From Moraxella nasovis (GTDB taxonomy: Bacteria; Pseudomonadota; Gammaproteobacteria; Pseudomonadales; Moraxellaceae), in the NCBI RefSeq assembly GCF_022701215.1, contig NZ_CP089976.1, forward strand, positions 330,001-362,000: a stretch of 32,000 bases of DNA, in the 5' to 3' direction. Both the position numbers and the translations under genes were made by a program. The notes below the pieces were generated by a model. The model was not told the origin of the DNA. It worked only from the letters and a program-made list of their open reading frames with translations, and did not search any database. Shown one piece after another: positions 14,931 to 23,373 of this stretch. Position 1 is the first letter of the stretch. Each line of letters opens with the position of its first letter.

Positions 14931-15662
14931 ATGAATATTGATTTAAATGCAGACGTTGGTGAAGGCTTTGGTTTTGATCAAGACCTAATGGCAATCATCA
15001 GCTCTGCCAATATCTGTGCAGGTCTCCATGCAGGCAGTGTGGCAGATATGGTAAAAACGCTCGGCTTTGCCAAAACGCATGGCGTAAAAATTGGCATACA
15101 CCCAAGCTACGATGACCGCCAAAACTTTGGACGCACCCCCCAAAATCTGCCAGATGAGCAAGTACGTGCGTTGTTGTTTTATCAAATGGGTGCGGTAAAA
15201 TCGGTATGCCAAATGATGGGATTGTCTGCACGCTACGTCAAACCACATGGGGCGTTGTACAACCAAGCCAGCACAGACCCCAAACTTGCCCACACCATCG
15301 CCCAAGCCGTCTATGAGTTTGACCCAACACTGGCGTTGATGGGCTTGTCAGGCGGTGAGCTGATACAAGCTGGACAAAACATAGGGCTTGACACCATTTG
15401 TGAAGTTTTTGCTGACAGGCGTTACAATGCAGATGGCACACTGGTTGCTCGCACACAGCCAAATGCCTTGATTGACAATACAGACGAAGCCATCGCACAA
15501 GTGCTACGCATGGTAGAATACGGACAAGTAGTGGCGGTGGACGGCTCGGTGATCACGCTGGACGTGGACAGCATTTGTTTGCATGGCGATGGCAAGCACG
15601 CTTTGGTATTTGCCCACAAAATCAAAGACACACTACTCAATAAAGGCGTTCATATTGGTTGA
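14931..15662 (+). CDS. pxpA: PxpA (LamB/YcsF family, 5-oxoprolinase subunit A)
   Basis: IDLNADVGEGFG .. SSANICAGLHAGS .. IGIHPSYDD..NFGR is the hallmark. The ATG at 14931 follows AAGG (track start is the GTG at 14928). Confidence 0.9.
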   Translation: MNIDLNADVGEGFGFDQDLMAIISSANICAGLHAGSVADMVKTLGFAKTHGVKIGIHPSYDDRQNFGRTPQNLPDEQVRALLFYQMGAVKSVCQMMGLSARYVKPHGALYNQASTDPKLAHTIAQAVYEFDPTLALMGLSGGELIQAGQNIGLDTICEVFADRRYNADGTLVARTQPNALIDNTDEAIAQVLRMVEYGQVVAVDGSVITLDVDSICLHGDGKHALVFAHKIKDTLLNKGVHIG

Positions 15663-15708
15663 TTGTTAACCATGATTTTTTAATAATCTATAAGCTATAA
15701 GGAAATTT

Positions 15709-16893
15709 ATGAAAAATATCACTACCAATCGCTCTGCCATCTTAGGAGCGGCATTTTTGATGGCAACATCAGCGGTAGGGCCAGGATTTTTGACCCAAAC
15801 CGCCACTTTTACCGAAAAGCTTGGTGCAAGTTTTGGTTTTGTGATTTTGATGTCAATTATTATAGATATTGGCGTTCAGCTAAACGTTTGGCGAGTGATT
15901 TCTATTTCAAAAATGAAAGCCCAACAGCTTGCCAATCTTGTTTTGCCAGGCATGGGATATGTACTGGCAGCCTTAATCATCATGGGCGGACTTGCTTTTA
16001 ATATCGGCAATATCGGCGGTGCAGGTCTTGGGGTGCAGTCGGTTTTTGGCATTAATCCTGTTATTGGGGCGATAATCTCTGGCGTGATTGCTGTGGGAAT
16101 ATTTTTAAGCAAAGAAGCAGGCTCGCTCGTGGATAAGTTTGCCCAAATGATGGGCTTTGTGCTGATTGCACTCATCATCTATGTGGTATTTAATACCAAT
16201 CCACCTTTTGGTGAAGCGATTGCCCGTACGGTTAGCCCAGATAAGATTGATGCGATGGCAATTGTTACGCTTGTTGGTGGTACGGTGGGTGGTTACATCA
16301 CTTTTTCTGGGGCTCACAGACTCATTGATGCTGGTATTACAGGACGAGAAAATCTACCTGCTGTATCCAAAAGCTCCATTCAAGGTATTTTGGCAGCATC
16401 TATTATCCGAGTGTTCTTATTTTTGGCGTGTCTTGGCGTGGTCACCGCAGGCGTACCAATGATGACGGATAACCCTGCTCTTACGCCGTTTGTGCATGGT
16501 CTTGGCGATGTGGGTAGAATCATCTTTGGGGTTGTGATTTGGGCAGCGTCCATCACTTCTGTTATTGGTTGTGCTTATACATCAGTCTCTTTTATGACCA
16601 ATTTTCATGCAGGCATTGCCAAGCACAGTCGTTATTTTATCATCGGCTTTATTGCCATCTCCACATTGGTGTTTGCAACCATTGGTAAGCCTGCCCAAGT
16701 ATTGGTGTTGGTGGGTACTTTAAACGGCTTGGTATTGCCTATTGCATTGGTTGTTATTTTGCTTGCTGCTTATCGCAAAAATATCATCGGGGATTATAAA
16801 CACCCTGTATGGATGGCGGTGTTTGGTTGGCTTGTGGCAATAGCGATGTCAGTGCTTAGCATCATCACCATTTATAAATATTTGGCAGGATAA
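15709..16893 (+). CDS. NRAMP-family membrane transporter (YcsG-like)
   Basis: About 11 hydrophobic segments. N-terminal LGAAFLMATSAVGPGFLTQTA is typical of NRAMP/YcsG proteins. B. subtilis ycsG sits in the equivalent pxp cluster. Confidence 0.8.
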   Translation: MKNITTNRSAILGAAFLMATSAVGPGFLTQTATFTEKLGASFGFVILMSIIIDIGVQLNVWRVISISKMKAQQLANLVLPGMGYVLAALIIMGGLAFNIGNIGGAGLGVQSVFGINPVIGAIISGVIAVGIFLSKEAGSLVDKFAQMMGFVLIALIIYVVFNTNPPFGEAIARTVSPDKIDAMAIVTLVGGTVGGYITFSGAHRLIDAGITGRENLPAVSKSSIQGILAASIIRVFLFLACLGVVTAGVPMMTDNPALTPFVHGLGDVGRIIFGVVIWAASITSVIGCAYTSVSFMTNFHAGIAKHSRYFIIGFIAISTLVFATIGKPAQVLVLVGTLNGLVLPIALVVILLAAYRKNIIGDYKHPVWMAVFGWLVAIAMSVLSIITIYKYLAG

Positions 16894-16894
16894 T

Positions 16895-17308
16895 ATGATA
16901 GACATCAAACAAATTGAACAAGTAGTTACCATGTTTAGCCAAAGCTCGCTTGGTGAAGTTATCATCACTGATGGCAACCAAAGTATCCGTGTGGTAAATA
17001 CACCCAGCACTCTCTTACAGTCAACCGACACATTACAGTTAAGCGGTGGTACGCCACAACACTTGCCCCAAGAAACTAAGCCTAACAACACATCAACACA
17101 TACCATCAGCTCGCCTGCGGTGGGGTGGTTTTATACCCAAGTCAAACAAGGCGATAAGGTCAATATCGGCGATGTCGTAGCAAACATCAAAGCCTTAGGG
17201 GTTCTCACTCCTGTGCTTTGTGACAAGGCAGGTGTTGTGCATGAAATTTTGCTCAAAGATGGCGACCAAGCTCAGTGGGGGCAGATGCTCATGCATTTAT
17301 CCATTTAA
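16895..17308 (+). CDS. Biotinyl/lipoyl-domain protein (BCCP-like) lacking the canonical AMKM lysine
   Basis: GDKVNIGDVVANIKALGVLTPVLCDKAGVVHEILLKDGD aligns with AccB [34 protein letters not shown]. The biotinyl-Lys column holds Gly and a Lys sits 3 positions earlier. Starts 1 nt after the transporter stop. Confidence 0.7.
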   Translation: MIDIKQIEQVVTMFSQSSLGEVIITDGNQSIRVVNTPSTLLQSTDTLQLSGGTPQHLPQETKPNNTSTHTISSPAVGWFYTQVKQGDKVNIGDVVANIKALGVLTPVLCDKAGVVHEILLKDGDQAQWGQMLMHLSI

Positions 17309-17677
17309 CGACCACCACAAAATAAATATCCACCATACACCAAAGCTGCCAAAACACGATTAATAGACGATGCTTGGCATCAATCATCGTAGGCTTTGTG
17401 GTTATATTCCATCAAGTCTTTTAATTACTTTTTGGTAGCTTTGGTGCTTTAGCTTAATGCTATGACTAAAGCGGAACACATCTACCCTAAGCACAAAGCC
17501 ATCACATCACTTTATACCCATCAAACACCCAGACTTAGCGACAAAGCAAGAATTTTATAAAATTTACTCATGCCTATTTATTTTATCTATAAAGTTTGTT
17601 AGTATTTGTACGCCAAGTTTTGCTTGTGCGTTTTTATGTTGTTTTCTTGTTTACAAACCAACCAGTAAGGATACATT

Positions 17678-20626
17678 ATGGTAGCCAAAATCATCATCAC
17701 CAAGGACAATCTGGTTACGCCAGTTGAACTTACCCCACAAGCCACCACCATCATCAAAGCAGATGTCAACACCAATTACAGTATCAAAGACCCTACCAAC
17801 ATCGCCAAAAAAGTCAAAGTTCATCAATCAAACGATGATTTGTGGATTTTTGATGAAGATAATACCACCGATGTGCCAGATGTCATCATTGAAAATTATT
17901 ATGACTACTACCCAAGTCAAGTATCAGCAGATTCCTTGATGGACGCAAGTTTTGGTGATGTGCCAATGGCAGAAATCAGTGCCACAGCTCAGCCTGTAAC
18001 GGCAGACCTTACAAGCCAATCAGCAAGCCTGTCATCAAGTGCCGCTTACACCCCACTATGGAAAGTGCTATCAGCAGGTGGTCTGCTCGCAGGCGGTGCA
18101 TTCGCTCTTAAAAAACACAATAATGCAGACGACAGCAAAGCAGAAGGTAATAAAGCTGATGGTCATATTGACATCACCAAAATCGGCGACAACTTTGGTA
18201 TCAAAGCTGACAACGTAGGTCAAGCAGTGCGTATTGATGGCACGGCAACCTTTGTAGGCTATGAAGGCAGAAATGCCAAATTCGTGCGTACCGTGATACT
18301 ACAAATCGGCGATAAAACCTACCAAGTGGGCGTGGATAACGGCAAGTTTCATTTGGATTTAAGTCTTGAAGATGCCAAAGCGTTAAATGGCAAACCCATC
18401 ACGTATCAGTTTTTGGCAGAAAACTGGAGATTGGACGCAAACAATGAGCCAAAAAATCTGTCTGAAACCAACGACATCAAAATCAACCACATCAAACTAG
18501 ACAACAGCACCGTCAGCTCATTTGTCCTAGATCATCAAGCAACCAAAGACGCAAGTGGCAACTATACACTCAATGCCCATCACACCACCGAAGTGGCAGG
18601 CGTGGTTGGCGGTAGTGCCAAACAAGGCGACACAGTTACCGTGCAAGTCGGTGATAAAAGCTACACCACCACCGTAGATGATCATCTACATTTTAGCGTG
18701 GCTGTAGATACCGACACACTTAGCACCCTAGCAGGCGATAAAGCCAAAATCACAGCAACCCTAACTACCACAGACAAAGCAGGTCAAGCCATCACAATCA
18801 GCGATGAGCAAGGCTATGCCAAACATGGCTTGGCACAGACGGACAATCCTTTTGTGTCTGGGCATGACATCAATACCGACCCAAGTGCTTATTTTGTCAA
18901 AGAATTGGGGCAAGCAAAACTGTACAATCCGTTCTTTAAACGCTTTACCCCAGAAACCTATCATGTGTATGACATTCCTGTAGGTGGCTATGAAGATGGA
19001 CATACGCCGACCATCAAATACTATTTTGCCAAAGGTCTACAAGATTATCAAACCCTGCTAGATAATCCCCAAATCACCAAAGACAACCATCTTAAATTTA
19101 GCCCAAGCGGTGATAGAAAGCGTGCAGAAGCCTTCTTTAATTTAGAGACGACCGAAGAGATGCCTGAACACAGAAAGGCTAATTTGCGTAGTGCTTATAA
19201 GAAAATCGGTGAGTTTGTTAATGTAAATTTTGAAGAAACAGACGACATCACCAAAGCCAATACACACCTGTTTTATACCGACTTTAAGAATGGTTCTTTG
19301 GGTGTTGCTGCACACGGCAGTTATTTGTGGCTCAACAAAACGCCTAATTTGACAGGTAAGGAATATTTGGCAGAATATACCGCCTTGCATGAGATTACTC
19401 ATACATTGGGTATGCACCACAGCCATGAGTCCATTCAATTTTCACAGTTGCCAAACAAGCCTGAGCATATCCATTATTATGAAGAAACGCCTGAATTTAC
19501 TGACATGAGCTATCACTTATATGCCAATGAGTCAGGGTATTCTACATTTGGCAATCTAAGAATGTACGATTTGGCGGCATTGCATTATCAGCTGGGTGTC
19601 AATAAAAATGTGCGTGCAGGCAATGATGTCTATACATTTAAAGAATACGACCTGTACAGCTCTGATGCCAACCGCTATATTTGGGACGGTGGTGGTGTAG
19701 ACACCTTTGACGCTTCGCTAGAAAAGCAAGGCGTGAATGTCAATCTCACCCCCGGTAGTTGGATTTATGTTGGCGATACTAAGCCATATAACTTTGCGGT
19801 GGCTGAGCAAACTCGCCATAACTATGAAGATTCTGGGCGTAAAAAGAGCCACTATGAAGGCGTATGGGTAGAGAACACCTATACAGACGGTCAAGCATTT
19901 ATCGGCTATGGCACACAAATTGAAAATCTCATCGGTACTGCCTATAATGATAAGCTTACAGGCAACAATGCCGCCAACAACATCTATGGTGGTGATGGTG
20001 ATGACCGCATTGATGGTGGTCTTGGCATTGACTACCTAGAAGGTGGTAAGGGCAATGATACCTATGTGGTGGATAATAAAGCCGATATTATCTTTGAGAC
20101 CAAAGATGGTGGCACAGACACTGTGGAGACCAGCACTCACTATACACTCGGTGCAAACTTAGAGAACCTAAAAGCCATTGGTAAGACATCTGTACTCATC
20201 TATGGTAATGAGCTTGATAATACCATCACTGCCAATATAGCAGGTGATACCATCTTTGGTATGGCAGGTAATGATAGAATCATCGGTGGTGCAGGTATGG
20301 ACTTGATGACAGGTGGCGATGGTAATGATGTATTTGTGTTTAATAGCAGACTTGGTGATAAGCCTGCCATTGATACCATCACCGACTTTATAGTAGGTCA
20401 AGATAAGCTTGAGCTGTCTGCCAGTGTATTCAAAGGTTTAGAGAAGTTCAAAGGCGATGCTGATAAGAGTACGCTATTAAGCGAAGGCTATTTGGTGTAT
20501 AACAAAGACACAGGTATGCTGTCTTATGATGCAGACGGCAATGCAGAAGATAAGAGCAAGCCGATTGATTTTGCAAACATCGGTGCAGGACTAAACATTG
20601 ACCCATCGTCTTTTGTGATTGTTTGA
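17678..20626 (+). CDS. RTX-repeat metzincin (serralysin/M10B-like) with a long adhesin-like N-terminal extension
   Basis: Zinc motif HEITHTLGMHH (HExxHxxGxxH). Met-turn DMSYH. Nonapeptide repeats GGDGDDRID-GGLGIDYLE-GGKGNDTYV and GNDRIIGGAGMDLMTGGDGNDVFVF. N-terminus DLWIFDEDNTTDVPDVIIENYY resembles the BapA-prefix region of T1SS adhesins. Two Ig-like repeats (..IGDKTYQVGVDNGKFHL.., ..VGDKSYTTTVDDHLHF..). Confidence 0.85.
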   Translation: MVAKIIITKDNLVTPVELTPQATTIIKADVNTNYSIKDPTNIAKKVKVHQSNDDLWIFDEDNTTDVPDVIIENYYDYYPSQVSADSLMDASFGDVPMAEISATAQPVTADLTSQSASLSSSAAYTPLWKVLSAGGLLAGGAFALKKHNNADDSKAEGNKADGHIDITKIGDNFGIKADNVGQAVRIDGTATFVGYEGRNAKFVRTVILQIGDKTYQVGVDNGKFHLDLSLEDAKALNGKPITYQFLAENWRLDANNEPKNLSETNDIKINHIKLDNSTVSSFVLDHQATKDASGNYTLNAHHTTEVAGVVGGSAKQGDTVTVQVGDKSYTTTVDDHLHFSVAVDTDTLSTLAGDKAKITATLTTTDKAGQAITISDEQGYAKHGLAQTDNPFVSGHDINTDPSAYFVKELGQAKLYNPFFKRFTPETYHVYDIPVGGYEDGHTPTIKYYFAKGLQDYQTLLDNPQITKDNHLKFSPSGDRKRAEAFFNLETTEEMPEHRKANLRSAYKKIGEFVNVNFEETDDITKANTHLFYTDFKNGSLGVAAHGSYLWLNKTPNLTGKEYLAEYTALHEITHTLGMHHSHESIQFSQLPNKPEHIHYYEETPEFTDMSYHLYANESGYSTFGNLRMYDLAALHYQLGVNKNVRAGNDVYTFKEYDLYSSDANRYIWDGGGVDTFDASLEKQGVNVNLTPGSWIYVGDTKPYNFAVAEQTRHNYEDSGRKKSHYEGVWVENTYTDGQAFIGYGTQIENLIGTAYNDKLTGNNAANNIYGGDGDDRIDGGLGIDYLEGGKGNDTYVVDNKADIIFETKDGGTDTVETSTHYTLGANLENLKAIGKTSVLIYGNELDNTITANIAGDTIFGMAGNDRIIGGAGMDLMTGGDGNDVFVFNSRLGDKPAIDTITDFIVGQDKLELSASVFKGLEKFKGDADKSTLLSEGYLVYNKDTGMLSYDADGNAEDKSKPIDFANIGAGLNIDPSSFVIV

Positions 20627-20771
20627 TGAATTTGCCTTAGTTTAATTAGTCTACAAGCCCTGCACTGTGTGTGGGGTTTTTTATTTAGGGTTTGGGTTTG
20701 GGTGAAAAACTAAGTATAAACACCCTATTAGGACAATGACACAATCTTTTAAAACGCAAGATTGTTACCAA

Positions 20772-20802
20772 TAAAAACACCGCTTTATTTGGGCGGTGTT
20801 TA
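20772..20802 (-). terminator. Rho-independent terminator downstream of the PRTase-like remnant (minus strand)
   Basis: AACACCGC-N9-GCGGTGTT stem. On the minus strand it is followed by TTTTTATT. Confidence 0.5.
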
Positions 20803-20843
20803 ACTATCATTTTTAATCCATTTTTATCATCTGATGATAGGCA

Positions 20844-21185
20844 TCAATTTTGCTTTGTCTTAAGGATAATATCTCGGACTTCGTGAGCGGTCTTACTTAA
20901 ATTGATGATGAATTTTGCTTCCCATTGCGTAAGTTTGGAGAAATCGTAGCCGAATGTGGTTTGCCCGAAGTGTTCAAGTTCGCCATATTTACTCTTTAAT
21001 TCATTTAACACATCATCAAGTCTTAATTATGATAAATATTGTTTAGCTGTCAAAGCATAACTAACGATAACGACACTTTGACCTTGTTCAATATACCCTT
21101 TAAAAGCAGCAAATGTACCGCCTTGCGTTTGGGTGTCATCAATGATTATAAATTGTAACACATCGCCAAACGCCCTATCAAAGCC
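20844..21185 (-). pseudogene. 5-prime-truncated, stop-interrupted remnant of a phosphoribosyltransferase-fold-like gene
   Basis: Minus-strand frame reads FDRAFGDVLQFIIIDDTQTQGGTFAAFKGYIEQGQSVVIVSYALTAKQYLS*LRLDDVLNELKSKYGELEHFGQTTFGYDFSKLTQWEAKFIINLSKTAHEVRDIILKTKQN. IIIDDTQTQGGT resembles a PRPP-binding loop. In-frame TAA at 21027-21029. No start codon; the frame is closed upstream by TAG at 21186-21188. Confidence 0.45.
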
Positions 21186-21441
21186 CTAGGGTGTATTACC
21201 CTAATCTTGTCAAGTGTTCTAGGCTTAAAGTTCTTATCCGATGCAGTGTTCGTGTCATTTTTGCCGTGTTTGATTATTTTTTTGATACTTGTTTAAGATA
21301 ACGGTTTTGAAGGTTTTAAGACTTACCGCTGATTTTATGATAAAATAGCCAAATAGCAAGCTTAAACATTCAAAAATTTAGGCTTAACTTATTGTTTATT
21401 AAGACTAACCCTAAACTTATAGAGTAGCATAAGGAATAATC

Positions 21442-21930
21442 ATGCCATCATTTGACGTCGTCTCAGAGCTAAACACCCAAGAAGTTCGCAATGCCATTGG
21501 TAACACCGATAAAGAAATCGCCACACGCTTTGATTTTAAAGGTTCAGACATTACAGTTGAGCTTAATGACAAAGCCAAAACCATCACCATCACAGCCGAT
21601 AATGAGTTACAAGTTGATAACGTCTTTGCCATTTTAGAAAAACAGCTTATCAAGCGTGGTGTGGATTTGCAAACGCTAGACCCCCAAGATAAAGCCCAGT
21701 CAGGCAAACACAGCAAACAAATCATCAACCTAAAAGATGGGCTTGACTCAGATAACGCCAAAAAAATCTCTAAAGCCTTAAAAGAATCTGATCTAAAAGT
21801 ATCAGCCAGCATACAAGGCGATAAAGTGCGTATCAGCGACAAAAAAAGAGATAATCTACAACAAGCAATGGCGTTTTTAAAAGAAAAATCTTTTGGCATA
21901 CCACTTCAATTTAACAATTTTAAAGATTAA
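21442..21930 (+). CDS. yajQ: YajQ family (UPF0234) nucleotide/c-di-GMP-binding protein
   Basis: MPSFDVVSE..QEV.NA......EI..RFDFKGS is the conserved YajQ N-terminus. 162 aa. Confidence 0.9.
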   Translation: MPSFDVVSELNTQEVRNAIGNTDKEIATRFDFKGSDITVELNDKAKTITITADNELQVDNVFAILEKQLIKRGVDLQTLDPQDKAQSGKHSKQIINLKDGLDSDNAKKISKALKESDLKVSASIQGDKVRISDKKRDNLQQAMAFLKEKSFGIPLQFNNFKD

Positions 21931-21965
21931 ATAAGCAAAAGATTTAAAAAAATATTAAAAAACTC

Positions 21966-21993
21966 TTGACTGGGCTAAAATATTTGATATAAT
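21966..21993 (+). promoter_or_regulatory. Sigma-70 promoter for tRNA-Glu (TTGACT-N16-TATAAT with extended -10 TG)
   Basis: TTGACT at 21966-21971. TGATATAAT with TATAAT at 21988-21993. About 75 nt upstream of the tRNA. Confidence 0.65.
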
Positions 21994-22069
21994 AGCCGCA
22001 CTTTCGGAAATAACGGTGAAAGCGTCCGATAAGTTGGTAAAACGATATTAAATCAGTTTTACGTCCTGC

Positions 22070-22145
22070 GTCCCATTCGTCTAGAGGCCTAGGACACCGC
22101 CCTTTCACGGCGGTAACAGGGGTTCGAATCCCCTATGGGATGCCA
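22070..22145 (+). tRNA. tRNA-Glu (anticodon UUC)
   Basis: Close match to canonical bacterial tRNA-Glu (..TCGTCTAGAGGCCTAGGACACCGCCCTTTCACGGCGGTAACAGGGGTTCGAATCCCCT..). Anticodon loop CTTTCAC. Encoded CCA. Confidence 0.95.
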
Positions 22146-22156
22146 CTATTTTTAAG

Positions 22157-22188
22157 AACACCTTAAGTGATTGCTTAAGGTGTTTTTT
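22157..22188 (+). terminator. Rho-independent terminator after tRNA-Glu
   Basis: AACACCTTAAG-TGATTG-CTTAAGGTGTT, an 11-bp stem, then a T run. Confidence 0.85.
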
Positions 22189-22275
22189 AATTTCTAGTTT
22201 ATTAATAGCCTATCTTAACGATTTATCATATTACCAAATACCGCATTTAGGCGATATTTGGTAGCTTTATCTAAA

Positions 22276-23148
22276 TTACTGACGCACAAGTCTCCCTGTC
22301 TTTGTTAAATCACAGCCATATACTCGCACAGGATTAATATCAATACCGCCTCGACGAGTGTAGTTTGCGGCAACCTTAAGGGTTGTTGGCTTTAAGTAGG
22401 TCATAAAATCAGCAAATATCCGCTCTACGCACTGCTCATGAAAACCATTATGCTTGCGAAAAGATAAAATGTATTTTAAAATCTGCCCAAAATCTAAATC
22501 ATATTCTGTGCTAATTTCAACTTGTACCGTCCCCCAGTCAGGCTGGTTGGTGACAGGGCAATTAGAGCGTAACAGATTGGAATAAAATTGATGGGTTTTT
22601 AATTCACTCTTTTTGTCATGTTGCATGACAGTTTTTAAAAAGCTATTATCAATATCATCACTTAAGGCAATCTCTTGATTTAGCTCATTTAAACACTCAT
22701 CAATACAAATTCCCATCGGTTTGAAGATAGTTAGTTCATCAGAATCTAAATCAATGATTTGTGCTTCAATATCCACGCCCACGCAATTTGATAAATCTTG
22801 TTTAATGGTGTTTTGAACATCAGTAATATGATTAAATTTGGTAAAGTTGAGACTATTTAGATACAATTTTAAAGACTTGGATTCTACAATATTAGGCGAA
22901 TCACTAGGGATAAAAAATCGTGCCATAGCCACTTGTGATACACCAATGGGGTTTAGCCAAGAGATTTCAAAGGCTTGCCAAGCGTCTAATCCATTAACTT
23001 TAGCTTTAAATTTATGATGATTAAAATCAAATCCTGTTTCTTTTAAAATCTCATCTCGCCCAATTTGCCGTGAGATGGGGTATAAAATAGCAGGATTATA
23101 AGTTTTAGGATAGGTAGTATTTTCGCCAAGCACGCCGTGAATGCTCAT
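22276..23148 (-). CDS. queF: NADPH-dependent 7-cyano-7-deazaguanine (preQ0) reductase, two-domain type II QueF
   Basis: QueF motif ESKSLKLYLNS. 290 aa, the size typical of the YqcD/QueF type II form. Confidence 0.9.
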   Translation of the reverse strand: MSIHGVLGENTTYPKTYNPAILYPISRQIGRDEILKETGFDFNHHKFKAKVNGLDAWQAFEISWLNPIGVSQVAMARFFIPSDSPNIVESKSLKLYLNSLNFTKFNHITDVQNTIKQDLSNCVGVDIEAQIIDLDSDELTIFKPMGICIDECLNELNQEIALSDDIDNSFLKTVMQHDKKSELKTHQFYSNLLRSNCPVTNQPDWGTVQVEISTEYDLDFGQILKYILSFRKHNGFHEQCVERIFADFMTYLKPTTLKVAANYTRRGGIDINPVRVYGCDLTKTGRLVRQ

Positions 23149-23373
23149 GCTGTCTCCTTAAAATTACAAACATGATCAGATATATAATAGATAACAGAAG
23201 TATCATGTTTAATAAAATTCATATTTATATCATCAATTGACATACGATTGATTTTTGCTTTTAAATTACCATGCTTATCAAGCAATGCTAAGGCATAAGT
23301 ATCAAATTTTTCTTGGCAATCTTAATAAAAACTCACTTCAACATCGCATTAAAATACCAAAAAATATTTCATA

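Noticed and set aside
21417-21899. 160-aa antisense ORF mirroring yajQ. Similar antisense or alternate-frame ORFs occur at 467-670, 959-1210, 7626-7958, 8403-8690, 9261-9683, 13312-13662, 13457-13723, 14589-14888, 15876-16178, 16166-16462, 27122-27394 and 31334-31654.
   Set aside because: Each lies fully inside a gene with strong family signatures on the other strand or frame. Their translations are low-complexity or Cys/Ser/Leu-rich shadow products.
23149-23373. Minus-strand reading frame ..DCQEKFDTYALALLDKHGNLKAKINRMSIDDINMNFIKHDTSVIYYISDHVCNFKETA in the queF-permease gap
   Set aside because: There is no start codon before an internal Met, which would give only 33 aa. It has no recognisable motif and overlaps the queF RBS. 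It could be a gene remnant, but there is not enough support to call it.
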